Source: a virus. Taken from it: a stretch of 41,388 nt of DNA. Where the stretch lies: the IMG/VR virus record IMGVR_UViG_2648501563_000004; one strand, written 5' to 3'. Positions 38,555-41,388 of this stretch are shown piece after piece (the stretch's first letter is position 1; each line of letters opens with the position of its first letter). The notes beneath the pieces were generated by a model, which saw nothing but the letters and a program-made list of their open reading frames with translations, made no database searches and was not told the origin of the DNA. The position numbers and the translations under genes were made by a program.

Positions 38555-39180
38555 TGACTACACAGCCGGGACCATTCGATCCAAACATTCCTGAGAGATT
38601 TGGAGATCCATTAGCTACTTCTCAACCGGAATTGCAGAATAATTTCTTTCAAATGTATAATATATTTAAACGAAATCACATTGAAATTAATGATTCTATA
38701 GCACCGGGAATTCATAAGTTTATTGAAATATTACAGCAAGATAATGCACCTCAAACTGATATCGGAGAGATTTCAGTTTATACAAAAGATGTAGAGGGAC
38801 AAACAGATCAATTGTTCTTGAAGTTTCAAGGTGGTCAAGAAATCCAATTAACGAATTATCAAATTTATTCAATTAAAAGCACGCAAAATCAAACATATAA
38901 TTTTACTACATTACCCGGAAAAGTGATAGTTTATTTTGGACATAAAATAGCTAATGATAATCCGGGAAATATAACCCTTCTTCCTCCAGTAGCTAAAAAT
39001 GTCATTTCAGCTTGTGTAATCCCTGAATTTAATAACCCTGGAAAAGTAGGAAAATATCCCTCAAAACCTGATCTTTCAATTATTAAGAATACTGATGGAA
39101 TTATTACGAAAATTGGGGTTTTATATCCTACAATTTTAGGGACGCCAAATTCATATTATTTTATTATGGCAAACATATGA
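38554..39180 (+). CDS. Tail-appendage paralogue B (208 aa)
   Basis: It shares ..DP...SQ..L..NF......F..NH......G.H.. and ..Y.K......LF.KFQ.G..IQLT with paralogue A. TAATG overlap. Confidence 0.65.
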   Translation: MTTQPGPFDPNIPERFGDPLATSQPELQNNFFQMYNIFKRNHIEINDSIAPGIHKFIEILQQDNAPQTDIGEISVYTKDVEGQTDQLFLKFQGGQEIQLTNYQIYSIKSTQNQTYNFTTLPGKVIVYFGHKIANDNPGNITLLPPVAKNVISACVIPEFNNPGKVGKYPSKPDLSIIKNTDGIITKIGVLYPTILGTPNSYYFIMANI

Positions 39181-39791
39181 CATTTTCACCCTCAAAACCA
39201 AATTCCGGGCCAAGTCCAAAGCTTGATGCTCCACAAGTTAAATCCGATTTTTCGTTATGGGCATCAATATTTGCTATCAACCACACTGCAATTACAGGAA
39301 CTACATTAAATAGCGGAGATCATGAGGCTGTTGTAATACCTGTACAAGCCAGTGATTTAGGAGTTACAGAGGATTTAGTGGCGTTATTTTGCAAAAATGC
39401 CACATCTAATAACGGAACACAACCACAATTATTCAGTCAGATTCCAAAGTTTCTTCCTACAAAAGAGGATACGACAAATGCACAAAATAAGGGAGTGCAA
39501 TTAACATATCAAACCGTTAATACATCAGGTCCGCAATATCAATCTTTTTTGCCAGGTGGATATTTTATCGTTTTTGGAAAAACTACTTTTTCAGCACAAT
39601 TTAGTAAACAAATTACTCTTTCGCCTGCTCCTTCTTCACTTTTAAGTGTTGTAGCGAATTCTCAAGTTGTAGATTATAATTGTTCAGTAACGATAGATTC
39701 TACGAATAAATTTACAATATATTCGGCTAAATCGGGTTCCCCTCCTGCTCCCTCTGGTGATTATTCTTGGGTTGCAATAGGTAAGGTATAA
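39177..39791 (+). CDS. Tail-appendage paralogue C (204 aa)
   Basis: The N-terminal ..LDAPQVKSDFSLWASIFAINHTAITGTTLNSGDHEAV aligns with paralogues A and B. ATGA overlap. Confidence 0.65.
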   Translation: MTFSPSKPNSGPSPKLDAPQVKSDFSLWASIFAINHTAITGTTLNSGDHEAVVIPVQASDLGVTEDLVALFCKNATSNNGTQPQLFSQIPKFLPTKEDTTNAQNKGVQLTYQTVNTSGPQYQSFLPGGYFIVFGKTTFSAQFSKQITLSPAPSSLLSVVANSQVVDYNCSVTIDSTNKFTIYSAKSGSPPAPSGDYSWVAIGKV

Positions 39792-39792
39792 A

Positions 39793-41388
39793 ATGACAGC
39801 ACAAACATTCCTAGTAGGTCCAATTAAAGACGGTATCCGGAGAGATATTAAACCATTCGCAACGCCGGAAGACTCATTTGAAACAATGATAAATGCCTTT
39901 CAATATCGTGGAAGAATAAAACGCAGATTAGGATATACCAAATTAGGAAGACTTGCCAATGGAACTCCTGTCATGGGTCTTAGAACATGGGAAAACTTCG
40001 GTATTGGTGTCCAAACTCTAGTCGCTTTCGATTTAACAGATGCTTATCAATGGAATGGAACTACATTTATATCTCTCCCAACTATTATGCCTGTTGTATG
40101 GTCAGGAACTGATTACAACTTCTTTTATACCATAAACTATGCCAATGCTCTATGGGTCACTAATTCTAAATCTGGTCTTAATGGATTTGCAGTCACTAAT
40201 TTTACTGGTCAAGCGGGCGCTGGACCTTGGACAGTTCAGGTAACATCAGCAGGCAACACATTTCAAATAGGCGATCAGGTCTATTTTCTGAATGTCACAG
40301 GTGGAGCAGCAGCGAATAATTTAAGACAGGCTATCGTTACAGTTGCCGGAAACCCTTTTACTGTATCTGCGTCAACAGGTGGACCTTTTACAAATGGGGT
40401 GGCCAATAGCGGAATGGCACTATCGACAACAAGAACAGTATCGGGTCAGGACGGAATTCGCTATTATGGACAACTGGATAATGGTACAGGATGGGCAAAC
40501 TACAATCCTCCGATAGACCCTAATAATGCACTCGCTGGATGTTTATTGATGTTTTCTTATCGTGGTTATTTGGTCTTCTTAAATACCACAGAAGGGAACG
40601 ACGCAGGAGTACAGAATTTCCCTAATAGGGCTAGATGGACTGAAATAGGAACGCCTTATTATTCTGAGCCTGTTCCATCACTTCCTAATTTACAATCTAT
40701 TGACCCTAAAGCTGCTAGAGATGACTTATTTGGAAGAGGCGGAGCAAATGACGCACCTACAGATGAAATCATCGTGGGAGCCGCTTTTATCCGAGATATC
40801 CTCATTGTTTATTTCGAACGTTCCACGTGGAGACTCCGCTTTGTTAATAATAGCCAGAATCCTTTTGTTTGGGAACGTGTTAACGTAGAACTTGGATCAG
40901 ATTGCACCTTTAGTACAATTGTATTTGATAAAGGCCTTATGGCTATTGGAAATCGAGGTATTGTCATTAGTGATGGTAATGATACCATACGATTTGATGA
41001 GAAAATTCCAGATGAAATATTCGATATTGCACAGTCTAATAATGGTCTACAGCGTGTTTATGGAATTCGAACCTTTAGAACACGGTTGAATTTTTGGACT
41101 TTTCGAAGTGCTGATGCAACGAGCGAAACATATCCAAATCAGGTTTTAGTATTTAACTACAACGAAAAAACATGGTCAATATTTGATGACAGTTTTACTT
41201 GTTTTGGATATTACTACAATAGCGGAACAGGTTTAACTTGGAACGATCTCCCAAATCGATGGGATTCATATACGACAATTAGTTGGGATAGTGGAGTATC
41301 GCAAGAAGGTTATGAGAATATAGTGGCTGGAAATCAACAAGGTTATGTGTTAGTGCTTGAACAAGGTATCCAAAACGATCCTTCTTTA
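39793..41388 (+). CDS. Large virion protein, N-terminal part (532 codons, runs off the window end and continues at 3..992); nozzle/tail-tubular-B-like
   Basis: Hand translation from the ATG at 39793 shows no stop through 41388. It is absent from the ORF track only because there is no stop in the window. It contains FQIGDQVYFLNVTGGAAANNLRQAIVTVAGNPFTVSAS, a beta-barrel motif. Confidence 0.8.
   Translation, partial: MTAQTFLVGPIKDGIRRDIKPFATPEDSFETMINAFQYRGRIKRRLGYTKLGRLANGTPVMGLRTWENFGIGVQTLVAFDLTDAYQWNGTTFISLPTIMPVVWSGTDYNFFYTINYANALWVTNSKSGLNGFAVTNFTGQAGAGPWTVQVTSAGNTFQIGDQVYFLNVTGGAAANNLRQAIVTVAGNPFTVSASTGGPFTNGVANSGMALSTTRTVSGQDGIRYYGQLDNGTGWANYNPPIDPNNALAGCLLMFSYRGYLVFLNTTEGNDAGVQNFPNRARWTEIGTPYYSEPVPSLPNLQSIDPKAARDDLFGRGGANDAPTDEIIVGAAFIRDILIVYFERSTWRLRFVNNSQNPFVWERVNVELGSDCTFSTIVFDKGLMAIGNRGIVISDGNDTIRFDEKIPDEIFDIAQSNNGLQRVYGIRTFRTRLNFWTFRSADATSETYPNQVLVFNYNEKTWSIFDDSFTCFGYYYNSGTGLTWNDLPNRWDSYTTISWDSGVSQEGYENIVAGNQQGYVLVLEQGIQNDPSL
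41288..41388. repeat. Terminal direct repeat copy B (exact duplicate of 1..101)
   Basis: Identical 101-bp string at both window ends. Confidence 0.95.

Overview
The window is a complete, circularly closed genome of an AT-rich dsDNA tailed phage. It has 41,287 unique bp, and bases 1-101 are duplicated exactly at 41288-41388. One large structural gene (39793..41388 continuing into 3..992) runs across this junction.

Gene layout:
- 39793-wrap-12984 (+): tail and virion genes. These include an 828-aa nozzle-like protein, three Gly/Gln-rich putative internal proteins, a 913-aa beta-helical fibre with a C1q-like head, and a pectate-lyase-like tailspike.
- 13031-18712 (-): leftward early operon with a Lar-like protein, a YqaJ exonuclease, a RecT-like annealase and two HNH genes.
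- 18713-18831: divergent switch region with a perfect sigma70-consensus promoter.
- 18832-24308 (+): rightward early genes. These are a Cro/CI-like HTH protein, many tiny ORFs, an initiator gene with internal iterons, and RusA.
- 24309-25290 (-): inverted three-gene cassette flanked by 120-bp direct repeats.
- 25293-39791 (+): packaging and head genes (TerS, TerL, portal, scaffold, MCP and others).

I saw no tape measure, sheath, integrase, DNA polymerase, tRNA, CRISPR array or recognisable lysis genes. The gene order looks podovirus-like.

Most notable observations:
- The major capsid gene is split into three exons by two homologous 696-nt group I introns. P1/P10 pairings, omega-G and compensatory helices are visible in the sequence. 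Each intron carries a LAGLIDADG endonuclease gene.
- The second intron's endonuclease gene is antisense to the intron and has its own near-consensus promoter.
- There are two opposite-strand accessory cassettes: P63C plus an HTH gene inside the tail module, and the repeat-flanked three-gene cassette next to terS.
- Further observations are an OOP-like small-RNA candidate, a likely ATT-initiated structural gene, and three free-standing HNH genes.

All functional calls rest on motif recognition by eye and on gene position. No database search was run.
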